This document shows, in pieces, positions 50,123 to 63,800 of a stretch of DNA of 64,000 nucleotides (its first letter is position 1; every line of letters starts with the position of its first letter). The translations under genes and the position numbers were made by a program. The notes beneath the pieces are model-generated. The model made no database searches and had not been told where the DNA came from. It saw only the letters and a list, made by a program, of their open reading frames with translations. Location of the stretch: the NCBI RefSeq assembly GCF_000143415.4, contig NW_003314312.1:1234915-1298914 (forward strand). Reading direction: 5' to 3'. The DNA is from Selaginella moellendorffii (Eukaryota; Plantae; Lycopodiophyta).

Positions 50123-50670
50123 TTACAGGGTTACAAGCTTCTCCAGCCGTCCTATTTGAGGAGGAATCGGTCCGGTGAGTTTGTTGCCATGCAAGTCCCT
50201 TCCAGAGAAGTCTGGAAGAATGCAAGAACTCAGTAAACGAAAACCAGCACACAGTTTCCTGAGATCCAGCAAATTTGTGACACCGATCGGGAACGTTCCA
50301 ATGATCGACACTTGAAAGAGCTCCCTGGAAAGAAAGAAGAAAGTGACGATCAAAGTGATAAGACGTATTAAAACTCACAATTCCGTGACCACTCGATAGC
50401 GTTCGTCATTTGGGGAGGAACAAGTGATTCCCGGCCACAATGCCGCGTCTCCATCCCCACAGGGATCCTCCCCATTCCAAGCATACATAACCTTCCATCC
50501 TCCAGCTGGCCTTGACTGGAATTGGCAAGATCGTCGCTTAATCCCTGGCTAAATCGAAAATGCAGGTGGAGAGGATCGACTCACCGTCTCGCTTCACCGT
50601 CTTGGCAGCTGCTAGAGTGGCAATCCAGAGCCCAAGAGCGAAACCATCTCAAGAACCCTAGATTTTCATT
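50123..50670 (-). pseudogene. Plant LRR protein 5' fragment (LRRNT plus first LRRs, multi-exon)
   Basis: AAKTVKRD, WNGEDPCGDG..WPGITCS..RVVTEL, ELFQVSIIGTFPIGVTNLLDLRKL and DLHGNKLTGPIPPQIGRLEKLVTL, separated by short introns; truncated. Confidence 0.75.
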
Positions 50671-50740
50671 TTTGAATCAATGAATCGCTACTGTAACATT
50701 TCAACATTTGTATGGAATCGCTATGTTTTTCACTGGATTC

Positions 50741-52397
50741 TCAGTTGAATTCGCTACCCACGCAGTGATGGCACGTAAATAGATTGGTAGGATCGACCCT
50801 GCGCTTGATGTGGTACAGGCGAGGATAGTTCTTCCAAAGAAGGATTGCTGCCAATTGGGCTCGTTGTAATCGGCCTCGTTCACGTAAGTCCCGGAGCCCG
50901 GCGTGAGATCGATGAAGAGCTTGTTCGCCTGCGACACTAGATTCGCAGCAGCGCTCATCTCCGCCACCGTCGCATTGTCCTGCCAAGTCAGGGGCAATAC
51001 GAGCAGCCACAGTCCGTCGCGATACGCCGGATTCACAGCGCTGTCTTGGGGTTCTCGCACTTTTCCACCCCCCAGGATCGCATACGTAGCTGGAACTTGC
51101 AGCTCGGTCATGACACGCATCATGGCCTTTGGGAGGAGGTCTTGTTCGTGGTTGAAGAGTGATCTCGGGATCAGCCTCATTGCGAAGACATCGGAGACTC
51201 CCAAGTTGTTTAGGCCCAAGCACGATTCCTGCCCTCCACACTGAAACTGCAAGTGCCAGTCCCAGTACGAGGCATACGTCTCCAAGCTCCCATCGATCCG
51301 GATGTTGTTCTCCCGTGCGTACAATAGCAGCGGGGCCAAGGTGGTGGAAGCATACAAGACGTTCCGGTTGGGCAGCAGGAACGTTAGCGTCAGGCTCTGG
51401 CTTGTCGAGAAGAAGTAGCCAGACCAGCCGGCATCGGACAGAGAGGGATTCAACCTCGTAAACAGAGTGAGCAGCCCTTGAAAGCTGGTGGTATCGGGGG
51501 TGCTGAATTTTGTGAGGAGCGAAGTCGAGGCTGCCAAGAGCTGGAAAAGTCCTGTGCATCGCCGAGAGCACAACTCCAAATATTCCTCTGCCACCACCCC
51601 GGAGAGGCCCAGAACAGGTCCGTGTTTTGGCATGCATCCGCGGTCACCACCTCGTACTCGAGAACATTATCGGGGCTCAAGCCGATTAGCAGGGAAAGGA
51701 AACTTTGGCCGCCACCTTGAGGGTATCTGCCGGCTGCTCCAACCGAGGAACATCCCCCACCAGCCAGGATCATCTTTCGTTGATACGCTTGCCAGTAGAG
51801 CTCCTCCCACTGAATTCCAGCTCCCACCGTTACCGCCAAGTAGCCATGGTCACTACCACGGCCGCATTTGAAGCTCTCGTGGAACTGGATCTTCTGGAGG
51901 TGGTGCACCCAAATGCTGAGAGCTCCCACTGCCATGCTCCACCCAAGGAAGTCATGCCCCATGATTCATATCACGATGCGCAAGTCATGCTGGGATGCAA
52001 ACTTGACGGCCTCTTGGACATGGGCTGCCCAAGTAATGTTGACTGCATAGATTGGGACTGCGCCCTGGAAGCAAGCAGTGGTCCTGTTGGAGGAGATCAG
52101 GCAGCGCTGCTCCCCAAACAATTCCCAGCTTGTCCGTTGCAGTGCACTCGGTTGATCGGTCCTCCAGAATGGACTGTTCCAGCCGCTCCTCACGGCATTG
52201 CAGGCTTGCTCATCGTAGTTTGGATCATGGCATGGCGTTGCTGGAGAGGCCACACTGATCATTCTCCTTCCCATGGAGCAATTGAAGGATGCCCAGGTCT
52301 GTGCGTCTGGGTAGCACAGCTCGCCTGCTATATACTTGGAGTGGACATGGCCGGGAGCAAATAAAACGACCAAGAATATCAATAGTATGGCTATCAT
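50741..52397 (-). pseudogene. Secreted FAD-linked oxidoreductase (berberine-bridge-enzyme-like), intronless, frameshifted
   Basis: Signal peptide; FASQHDLRIV..GHDFLG.S..GALSIW; VGAAG.Y.QGGG; DLFWA; GTYVNEADYNEPNWQQSFF; NYPRLYHIKRRVDPTNLFTC. Confidence 0.85.
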
Positions 52398-52499
52398 CCT
52401 TGAAGAACCTTTATAGGGCTGAGAGAAATAGAGCTATACTTTCTTTTGCTGATCGATCTTGAGATGTAGCTTTCTCAATGATTTTGTCAATGACTTAAT

Positions 52500-54403
52500 T
52501 AAACATGTCTTGAACATCCTTGCTCAAATGCAAACTCAACTCTTGATGGCCTTCCAAACATAGCAAAGTAAAGATTTAATTTAGTTTCACTATGTTGACT
52601 ATTATTGTAGGCAAATTGCACCAATAGAATATATAAATTTTATTATCCCTACTTTTGACCACCTCCAGCAAACAAAAATTAGGAAAGATCATTTCCAAGT
52701 AGACTGCAATCAGGTTTTGAAGCAATGATAGTCTTTCTAATACCATTCTCAATTCTAATGTTGTTTTGAGATGTTTTCCAAACATGTAAAGTAAGGACTT
52801 AATTTAGTTCCATTGTGTTGGTTATTGTTGTAGGCAAATTGCAACAATAAAATACATAAATCCCATTGTCCATGCTTTTAACCAATATTACAACATAATA
52901 TATTCTCCACCACTTGATTCACATGCTCAATTTGCCCATTTATCTGAGGATGATCTCCACTCAAGAGTTTCAAAGTCACTTGCATAGCTTTTGCAAAGCT
53001 CTTCCAAAATAGTGAACTTTGAGTCTTGATCACTAATGATGTTCTCCGACAAACCAAAATCAGGAAAAACCTTCTCTAAATAAATCACAACCAAGTTTGA
53101 GGTAGTGACAATCTTCTGAAATGCTAACAATTGCATATACTTTGTCAATTGATCCACTATAATCCATATTTGCCTTTTTTGCCTTTGTGTTCACAGCAAG
53201 CAAGTGATAAAATCCATAAAAATACTACACCAATGGCTCTAAGGAATAGGCAAAGGTTGTAAAAATCCCTTTGGCTTCTCTTATAGCACCTTTACCTGCT
53301 GATAGAGTTCACATGATTTACAATACTCGAGGATATCAACTTTCATACTCTTCCAATAAAAATTGCATATAATCAGTTCATACCCTCTTAAATGACTAAC
53401 CTTCGAATGATCATGATAGTAAAATAAAACATGATGAATTAACACATCTAGCCATAGCAAATATATATAGTCATTGTAGTAAAGAATCCTATCCACCAAT
53501 GAGAAAGGTGCTTTTAGCTAAACTCATAAAGATACCATCTTAACATCCTAAGCTTGAGCATGCTCAACCAATTGCCTTAACTCACTGACCACTTTACACA
53601 TATGATATCAAAACCATGTTTGTAACTTTATCATATTTTGAACACAAGATAAAGCATTAGCCACCACATTTGATTTCCCCGAATGATGCTCAATAAGGAA
53701 TTCCCCAAACTCCATAAGTTTAACCATTTAACAAGCTTGCATAGTGTTTAACTCTTTCTATGTGAAGAGATACATAAAAAGTTTGTGATCTATTAACACC
53801 ACAAACACTGTACCATAAAGATAATACCTACATATTCATAAAGCATGAACAATGGAAAGTAACTTTTAATTATATGTAGAATATCCTTATTCCGTAGGAT
53901 TCAAAGTCCAACTCTCATATACAATAGGTTGTCCTTTTTGAATGAGAACTCCTTTTAATGTATAATCTTTTGCATTGCACATCATGTTATAAGGTTTTGA
54001 TGAATTAACAATGCAAAGCACTAGAGCCTCGCTTAACAACTAATTTAATGCAACAAAACTATTTGCATATGACTTTTTCCACTTGAATTGCACATTCTTA
54101 AACAACAACTATGTCAAAAGAATAGCCACCTTCACAAACTTGTGCTAAAAGCATGAGTAATAACTAGCTATACCATGAAAATTGCATAACTCTTTACAAA
54201 TTCATATTTACTCTTCTTCATATAAAGTTTGTTATTAGGTAGTAACAAGAGAACTTTGTCCTTCATATTTTTGTTGAAAACAAGAATATCATTCAAGAAA
54301 ATCTCCACAAACTCCAAACTTCCATCATTAACCGAATAAATGTGGTTGGTGCATTTGTCAAACCAAATGGTATGATTGTGAACTCAAAATGCCTGAAGCT
54401 TAT
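52500..54403 (-). mobile_element. Highly degenerate Gypsy A RT-RNase H-IN fragment (another piece on + at 59621-59743)
   Basis: Homologous to 8540-10540 with many C>T and G>A changes. Confidence 0.85.
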
Positions 54404-57400
54404 TGTAAGGAACCAACTCCCCGAGGTGTCGAAGGCTAAAGGATCCCTGAAAGCATAAAGAATTGATAAAGACTGAAATGATAAAGAATTCATCGGATGG
54501 GACCAAGTCTGAGATCGAGTCCAAGACCAACTCTGAGACTGAGTTCGAGATAGAGTCCGGGATCAAGTCCGAGGCCGACTCTGAGACTGAGTTTGAGACC
54601 GAGTCCGAGATCCGAGATTAGGTCCGAGACCGAGTCCGAGGTCGAGTCCGAGATCAAGTTCAAGGTCAAGTCCGAGTACGAAATCGGGTCCGAGATTGAG
54701 TCCAAGATCGAGTCCGAGACATGGAAGCAAGCCTCGGGGGCGGCGCGGCTGCTTGGCAAGGGCCAGCGTCACGCGGCGGGAAAGGGGAGGGGCCCCAAGT
54801 CCAAGTACTAATACAGGTCTAGGGGTGAAGCCCAAAGTGTGTGTCTCCTGGGGGGGGGAGGGGCTGTAGGGGGTTCCAAAAGTAGAGTAGGGATAGTGAG
54901 GTTCAGGAACTAGTCTTGAAGGAACTCTCTAGTGGTGCTTCCAAACTGACTTGAGGTTGAGATTGGGGCCATGGGGCCTTGGGTGGGAGTGAGCATGGAA
55001 TCGGGTGGTGCTGGAGGGGTCACCCAAGGAAGTGCTTAAGAGCAGCTCCCACTCTTGAAAGGGAAACCAATTGCGGTGCTCCCGGCTCATGTGGAGTGGT
55101 GCCTCAACTTCCCATGGACTCACCCCAATACTCAAATGTGGTGAGTTGTTATAGCACATTTCCACAAGTCCCAAATGACTTACCCAATCAGTCTGGTCTC
55201 CTGAAACATAGCATCGCAAATAATCCTCTAGCTACCTATTCACCCTTTCCGTTTGTCCGTCTGTCAAGAAGTGTTAGTGCCATCAACTTGACTTAATACC
55301 CAATACCTATTTGTGGGTGATAGGTTATGCTAAATTTCAACTTGGTGCAATATTGTTTAAGGAGAGTTTTCCAAAACTTACTAGTGAAGATATTGTCTAG
55401 ATCTGAGATAATCCCTTCTGGCCTTCCCTACACTCGAACCACTTATTCAAAGAATAGCTTCGCCACACCTTTCGCATCCACTTCCATTGTGGTGGGTATG
55501 AAATATGCCATGTTTGAAAATTGGTCCACCACCACAAATATCGCATCAAACCCCTCACTTGGGGGGAGTCCCGTGATGAAGTCTATCATAAGACATTTCT
55601 ATGGACGATCTGAAATTGGGATGCTTTGTAACAAGCCCCCACTAGCCTTAGTCATGGCTTTAACCTGCTGACATGTTGTACATGTCTTTAATATTTTTGG
55701 ACATCCTTATCTATACTTGGCCAGTGATACTTCCTCTTGAGTAAGCCCATCGTTTTGGGCACTCTGCCGTGTCTTGCAAGAGGTCCGTCATAACACCCTT
55801 CTAAGGCTACCTTCCTTAGTCCCCTTCTAGAATATACACCCTCCTTTGTTTATAATAGATGAGTCTATTGCATTCCATATAGCCTATTTTCTCTTCCATT
55901 GGCAACTCACCTCTCTGGTGAGCTTCCCGTGCCTCTAGATTCCTCAGCAACACTTCTTGTGCTAGACCATCGTTCTCATATGCTATCTGCACATCATGCC
56001 AAAAGGTATCACCAATTTCAAGCTCGCTTTTCGACTTAGAGCATCCGCCATAATATTGCTCTTCCCAGGCTTGTACAAAATCTCACAATCAAACTTGGTC
56101 AGAGCATTGGCCCACCGACCTTGTTTCCCTCTCAGACCGGGCTGTGACAAAAAGTGTTTCGTTGCCACATTGTCCATGTAAACCTTGAAGTGTCTTCTCC
56201 ACTCCTTGAGCACCTTGACCACCACAAACAATTCCTTCTCGTGGGCAGGCCACCTCTACTAAGCTTTGTCCAACTTCTTCGAGAAGAATGCTACTGGATG
56301 GTTGTCTTGCTTCAACACTGTGCCCAACGCAAAGTCTGAAGCATCTGTTTCTACCTCAAAGTCCTTAGCAAAATCTGGTAACACCAACATAGGAGCCTTC
56401 CTCAACTTCCCTTTGAGGTGGATGAATGCCACCTCGCATTCCATTTTCCATACCATCTTCCCTTTTCCCATTTGGTCCGTTAAAGGTAGGGCTACTCTCG
56501 AATAGTGTTTGATAAACTTTTGGTAGTAATTGCATAGCCCCAAGAATGCCCTTAACTTGTGTACATTCGATGGTCGTTCCCATTCCTGGATCACTTGGAC
56601 CTTCTCATTGTCCACCTTGAGCCTGTCCTTGCCCACCACATGCCCGAGAAACTTTACCTTTTGTTGAGCAAAGACACATTTACTTTCTTTAACATACAGT
56701 TGGTGTTCCCTTAGTTTTTCAAGCACATTCGTCAAGTGTTCGGCATGCTCCTCTAGTATTTTGCTATAGATCAGGATGTCATCAATATAGACAACCACGA
56801 AGTGATCCAGATAGGGTACAAAGATATGGTTCATCAATGCCAAAAATGTTGTTGGCACATTGCATATCCCAAAGGGCATCACTAGAAACTCAAAGCTCCC
56901 ATGTGGTTCATCAACGCCAAAAAACGTTGCCAGTGCATTGCATAGCCCAAAGGGCATCACCAAAAAGTCAAGTGTTCGGCATGCTCCTCTAGCGTCTCGC
57001 TATAGATCAGGATGTCGTTAATATAGACAACTACGAAGTGATCCAAATAGGGTACAAAGATGTGGTTCATCAATGCCGAAAATGTTGCCAGCGTATTGCA
57101 TATCCCAAAGGGCATCACTAGAAACTCAAAGCTCCCATACCTTGTTTGACAGGTTGTTTTCTCGGCTACCCTGATCTGGTAGTATCCCGACCTTAGGTCA
57201 ATCCTTAAGAAGTATTTTGCCTTTCCCAACCTATCGAACAGGTCCTCAATCCTTGGCAAAAGGTATGTTCTTCTTTGTATACTTGTTGAGCAACTGGTAG
57301 TCTATGCACATGCGTATAGAACCATCTTTTTTTTTCACAAATAACACTGGTGCTCCATATGACGACTTGTTTAACTTAACATACTACCAACTCTTTTAGT

Positions 57401-60400
57401 TGGTGCTTGAGCTCCTCGAATTCCTTTTTGTTCAGTCTTCACCAAGAGTAAGCATAAAAATGTTGCATTGGTTCCTTTAGTGAGTTGTCCTCTCATGGAC
57501 ACTAGGTTTAAGCAAGAGTCTTTAGGCTTACATTGCCCTACCTTTAGATCCTAGGCCTCCACCCTGGATCATTCTCCCCGGGCATTTGCAAATACCACAA
57601 GATTCCTATCTTATCTATATAGGGCTACTATGAACAGATTGAACTAATCCATCCCAAATATTATGTCAAATCCTGCCATGTCCAACATGGTGAAATCCGT
57701 GTGTACTTTCCATGTCCCTACTTCAACTCTTGTTTATCGAAGTATCTCATCGGTGTTTTGGCTACCTTGAACAAACTTTATCATCCACTACACTATTAGT
57801 CCGGCTTGCCGGACTATGTATGCAGCCACAAAATTATCCGAAGCACCTGTGTCAATAAGGATCTTAACAAAGCTACCTCCAAGCTTCCCTCGGAGGGCTA
57901 GTAGATGTCGCGAACGACTCTTTACCAAAATTGCTTGTGTAATGAGTAATTTTGAGCTAGGGACTGGATCACGTACCTCAGTTTGGATTTCACCCAACTT
58001 AATGGCCATATTAGCTCTGGTCTTGTTCGGGTAAAGACATTCCCTTGAAAAGTGTCCCACTTCACTGTAGTTGTAGCATATGTTGTTTCCCACGCTACTA
58101 GCAGACTTGACTTTCTTATCCTTGGGTTTATCTCTTTTTGCTTCACTCCCTCACGTACTTGTTTGCTAACCACCGGATTTGCCTTTCCAGAACCCCGAGG
58201 ACTCATTCTTAGAGAAACTCTTCTTGAATTTCCCTTTGCCATATGTTCCCCTTGGTTTGGTTCCTTTGCTAAATGTGGACCCTGACCCCAACCCCAGATT
58301 ACATCAAATCTTGCCATGTCCAATATGGTGAAATCCGTGTTTACTTTCCATGTCCCTACTTTGCCTCTTGCTTATCAATGTATCTCATCGGTGCTTTGGC
58401 TACCTTGAACAAACTCTATCATCCACTACACTGTTAGTCCAGCTTGCCGGACTATGTATGCAGCCACAAAATTATCCGAAGCACCTGTGTCAATAAAGAT
58501 CTTAACAAAGCTACCTCTAAGCGGGCTAGTAGATGTCGCGAATGACTCTTTACCAAAGTTGCTCGTGTAATGAGTAACTTTGAGTTAGGGCCTGGATCAC
58601 ATACCTCAATTTGGATTTCACCTGACTTAATGGCCATATTGGCTTTGGTCTTCTTCGGGTAAAGACATTCCCTCGAAAAGTGTCCCACTTCACCGCAGTT
58701 GTAGCATACGTTGTTTCCCACGCTGCTAGCAGACTTGACTTTCTTATCCGTGGGTTTGTCTCTTTTTGTTTGACTACCCCACGTACTTGCTCGCTAGCCA
58801 CCGGATCTGCCTTTTCAAAACCCCAAAGACTCATTCTTAAAGAAACTCTTCTTGAATTTCTCTTTGCTATATGTTCCCCTTGGTTTGGCCCCTTTGCTAA
58901 ACGTGGACCCTGACCCTGTCATGTTTCCCTTTCGTAGGTTATCATTGAAATGCACCTTGATAGCCGCATCCAACGCTTCCTTGTAATTGGTCGGGTTCCA
59001 ACGCATTACCTCGCTATGAGCCCAGGTTTGCAAGCTTGATATGAAGGCATGGAACGCATCCATATCACCCATATCCGTGACAAGTATCTTTTTTGTCATA
59101 AACCCATTCACATACTATTGAATGGTTCTAGTCTGCTTCAGCTTACTCAGCTTATTCATTAAGTGCAAAGTAGCATTCGGAGGAACATAAGTCGTGCGGA
59201 TCGTCGCCTTCATCATTTCCCAAGTGGTCACTAGTCCTTCGTTGGCCTCTATTGTTCTCCATCAAGACATGGCATTATTTTCTAAATATGGTTTTGCACA
59301 TGGGACCTCCTCCGAGCTCAGTAACCACAACGCTCGGAAGTAGTCCTTCATATCGTAAAACCAATCTTCCACCACTTTATAGTCATTCACTCCCTTGAAG
59401 ACCGGTGGGGGTTTTGGTTTGTACTTGGGAACCACCTGAGGGACTGATTCCACTTCAGTTTGTTCGACCTTGTTTGGTTCTGCCTCAGTCCCTACCAAAG
59501 GGTCCGCACCTTCTGCACTACCACCATCCGCGGTCTTTCGCCTTTTCTTCCGCTTCTCATCATGCTTTAGCTTGCATACGAGAGTCTCCAGCAGAGCATC
59601 GGTCTATGCTAATTGTCATTTGTAGATGATATCTTAGACAAGCTTGGTGAAACAAAAGTGTCTACTAAGATTGATCTAAGGAGTGGATATCTTCAGATTG
59701 CAATGGAGGACACATTTATTTCCAAGATAACAGTTAATATAAGTGTAAGCCACAAATTTTTCCCTTCCAATTAGCCAACTTAACTTGTATATCCGACCAA
59801 CACTAGCTTGGCTTTAGCTAAATTCCTTTGCCAAGGTTCCCATCTATGCACCAGCTCCTACTTGGTCCTACTTGGTTTCAACTACTCACTGCATGAGCAA
59901 TAGAGCATTAGCCATCTATCCACAGATACCCAAATCTCTCCCAATCCCCCTCCCCGGGTTAGCCGTAGGTTTAGCTACACTCCCCGTAGGCACAAGTAGC
60001 CAAGCGCACTAAGCCTCCAAGCTCCTAACATCCCTTGGTATAACAAGACTTGATTATGGGACCCTCTAAATCCTAAGCCTTGGGTGCAACACTTGCTTTG
60101 GGATGCTGAGGCAAAACACCGTGGCCTAACGGCCTGGTATAGGTACCTCTACCATAACACTTTCATCCCGAAGGGAAGGCCCAAGCCCCTAGGAAGAGTG
60201 AGGACCACATGGGCCAGGAGCACCACAGTTGGTTGCCCTTCTGGGAGTGGGAGCTGCTCTTGAGCACTTCCTTGGGTGGCCCCTCCGGCACCACCTGAGT
60301 CCATGCTCACTCCCATCCAAGTCCCCTTGGCCCCAATCTCAACCTCAAGTCAGTTTGGAAGCACCACTGGAGAGTTCCTTCAAGACTAGTTCCTGGACCT

Positions 60401-60841
60401 CACTATCCCTACTATAATTTGGGAGCCCCCTACAGCCCCCTCCCCCCCCCCCCGCTAGGAGACACATGCTTTGGGCTTTCACCCCACAACCTGTATTAGT
60501 ATTCGGACTCGGTCTCGGACTCGATCTCGGACTCGACGTTGGACTTGACTTTGGACTCGGTCTCGGACTCGGTCTTGGACTCAATCTCGGACCCAACAGT
60601 CTCTGTCTCGGTCTCGATCTAAAACTTGGTCTCAGACCCGATATCGGATCTCAGACTCGATCTCAAACTCGGTTTTGGAGTCGGTCTTGGACTGGATCTC
60701 AGACTCGGTCTCGAACTCGGTCTTAGAGTTGGTCTCAGACTCGATCTCAAAGTTGGTCTCATCGAATGAACTCTTTATCATTTTGGTCGTGTCTTCAGGG
60801 ATCCTTTAGCCTTAGACACCTCGGGGAGTCAATTCCTTACA
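54404..60841 (-). mobile_element. Rearranged Gypsy B material: + strand LTR 5' part 54404-55107, minus-strand gag-pol 55108-59620, minus-strand LTR 59744-60841
   Basis: Homologous to 33261-40780; internal tandem duplications at about 56730-57135 and 57660-58910. Confidence 0.88.
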
Positions 60842-63800
60842 CGAACCTTAAGTCCAGTTTAACCTGGGGAGGGGGATTGGGAAAGATTTGAGAATCTGTG
60901 GATGGATGGCTAACACTCCATTGCTCGTGCAGTGAGTAGCTGAAACCAAGTAGGACCAAGTAGGAGCTATTGCATAGGCGGGAACCTTGGTGTGGGAACT
61001 TTGCTAAAGCCAAGGCAGTGTTAGTCGGATAGACGAGGTAAGTTGGCAGATTGGAAGGGAAAAATTTATGGCTTACAATTTGGTATTAGAGCCTTTTCCT
61101 CAGTTCTAGCAAAGGATAGAGGTGGATTGCTGGGAGATGGCAAAGAGAAGGCGTAAACAAACCAAGGTGGAGACAGAACCTCCTCTAGAGCTGGAGCTTC
61201 CAGTTGAACAAAAGGCGATAGATGAGAAATCCTTGCATGAGGAGGACTCTAGTGAGGAAACTTCTAAATAGAAGTCTGGTGGTGAAGTTTGGTCATCCAA
61301 GATTCGATAGGACGTTTTAAAAGGACAATTGGCATAGACCAATGCCCTACTTGAGACTCTCGTACACAAGCTAAAGCATGACAAGAAGCGGAAGAAAAGG
61401 CGAAAGACCACAGATGCTGGCAGTGCAGAAGGTGCAGACCCTTCGGTAGTGACTGAGGCAGAACCAAACAAGGTTGAACAAACTAAAGTGGAATCAGTCC
61501 CTCAGGTGGTTCTCAAGTACAAACCAAAGTGCCGGTCTTCAAGGGAGTGAATGACTATAAAGTGGTAGAAGATTGGTTTTACGATATGGAGGACTACTTC
61601 CGAGCATTGCGATTACCGAGCTCGGAGAAGGTCCAATGTGCAAAACCATATTTGGCAGATAATGCCAAGTCTTGGTGGAGAACAACGGAGGCCAACGAAG
61701 GACCGATGGCCACTTGGGAAATGACGAAGGCGAGGATCAACACGACTTATGTTCCTCCGAATGCTACTCTACATCTAAGGGATGAGCTGAGTAGGCTAAA
61801 GCAGACTGAAACCATTCAAGAGTATGTGAATGGGTTTATGGCAAAGAGGATATTTGTCATAGATATGGGTGATATGGATGCGTTCCATGCCTTCATATCA
61901 GGCTTGCAAACCTGGGCTCGCGGCGAGGTGATGTGTTGGAACCCGACCAATTACAAGGAAGCGTTGGATGTGGCTATCAAGGTGCATTTCAATGATAACC
62001 TATGAAAGGGAAACATGACAGGGTCGAGGTCTACGTTTAGCAAAGGGGCCAAACCAAAGGGAACATATAGCAAATGGAAATTCAAGAAGAATTTCTTTAA
62101 GAATGTGTCTTTGGGGTTCCGAAAAGGCAATTTCGGTGGCTAGCGAGCAAGTACGTGGGGTAGCAAAAAAAAAAGAGACAAACCCACAGATAAGAAAGTC
62201 AAGTCTGCTAGCAGTGTGGGAAACAACATATGTTACAACTGTAGTGAAGCAACACACTTTTTGAGGGAATGTCTTTACCCGAAGAAGGCCAGAGCCAATA
62301 TGGCCATTAAGTCGGGTGAAATCCAAATTGAGGTATGTGATCCAGTCCCTAACTCAAAGTTACTCATTACACGAGCAATTTTGGTAGAGAGTCCTTCGCG
62401 ACATCTCCTAGCCTTTCGAGGGAAGCTTGAAAGTAGCTTTGTTAAGATTCTTATTGACACGGGTGCTTTGGATAATTTTGTGGCTGTAGACATAGTCTGG
62501 CAAGCTGGACTAATGGTGCAGTGGTTGGGTGAACCAAGGATGATAGAGTTTGTTCAAGGTAGCCAAAGCACCAATGAGATACTTCGATAAGCGAGAGTCG
62601 AAGTAGGGACATGGAAAATAGACACGGATTTCACCATGTTGGACATGGCAAGATTTAACGTAATTTTCGGAATGGATTGGTTCAATTGGTTTGTAATAGC
62701 CTTGTATGGACAAGGTAAGAACCTTGTGGTATTAGCAAATGCCCAGGGAGAACGATCTAGGGTGGAGGTTTAGGATCTAAAGGTAGGGCAATTTAAAGCC
62801 AAAGACTCCTGCTTAAACCTGGTGTCTACGAGAGGACAACTCACTAAAGGAACCAAGGCAACATTTTTATGTTTACTCTTAATGAAGAGTGACAAAAAGA
62901 CGGGAACGGAAGAAGTACCTTTACATCTAGCGGGTGTTAGACTAATTCCAAGATACCATGCCGGAGGAATTACCAGCGGGATTGCCCCCTGCACGACTAA
63001 TAGAACATAAGATTGAGCTAATCGAGGGTGCTAAGGCGGTGGTTCGTCCACCCTATCATTTGAACAAAAAGGAACTCGAAGAGCTTAAGCACCAACTAGA
63101 AGAGTTGGTGGACAAAGAGTATATTAGGTTGAGCAAGTCGTCATATGGGGCGCCGGTGTTATTTGTGAAAAAGAAAGATGATTCTATATGCATGTGCATA
63201 GACTACCGGTTGCTCAACAAGTATACAATGAAGAACAAGTACCCTTTGCCAAGGATTGAGGACCTGTTCGATAAGTTGGGAAAGGCAAAATACTTTTTGA
63301 GGATTGACCTAAGGTCAGGATACTATCAGATGGGTAGCAGAGGAAGATGTCGAGAAGACAACCTGTCAAACAAGGTATAGGAGCTTTGACTTTTTGGTGA
63401 TGCCCTTCGGGCTATGCAATGCGCCGGCAACGTTTTTTGGTGTTGATGAACCACATCTTTGTACCCTATTTGGATCACTTCATGGCCGTCTATATTGACG
63501 ACATCCTGATCTATAGCAAGATGCTAGAGGAACATGCTGAACACTTGACGAAGGTGTTTGAAAAACTAAGGGAACACCAACTGTATGCTAAAGAAAGCAA
63601 ATGTGACTTTGCTCAACAAAAGGTAAAGTTTCTCGGGTATATGGTGGGCAAGGATAGGCTCAAGGTGGACCCTGAGAAGGTCCAAGTGATTCAGGAATGG
63701 GAACGACCATCGAATGTACATGAGTTAAGGGCATTCTTACTCAAGGGGCTTACTCAAGAGGAAGTATCACTGGCCAAGTATAGATAAGGATGTCCAAAAA

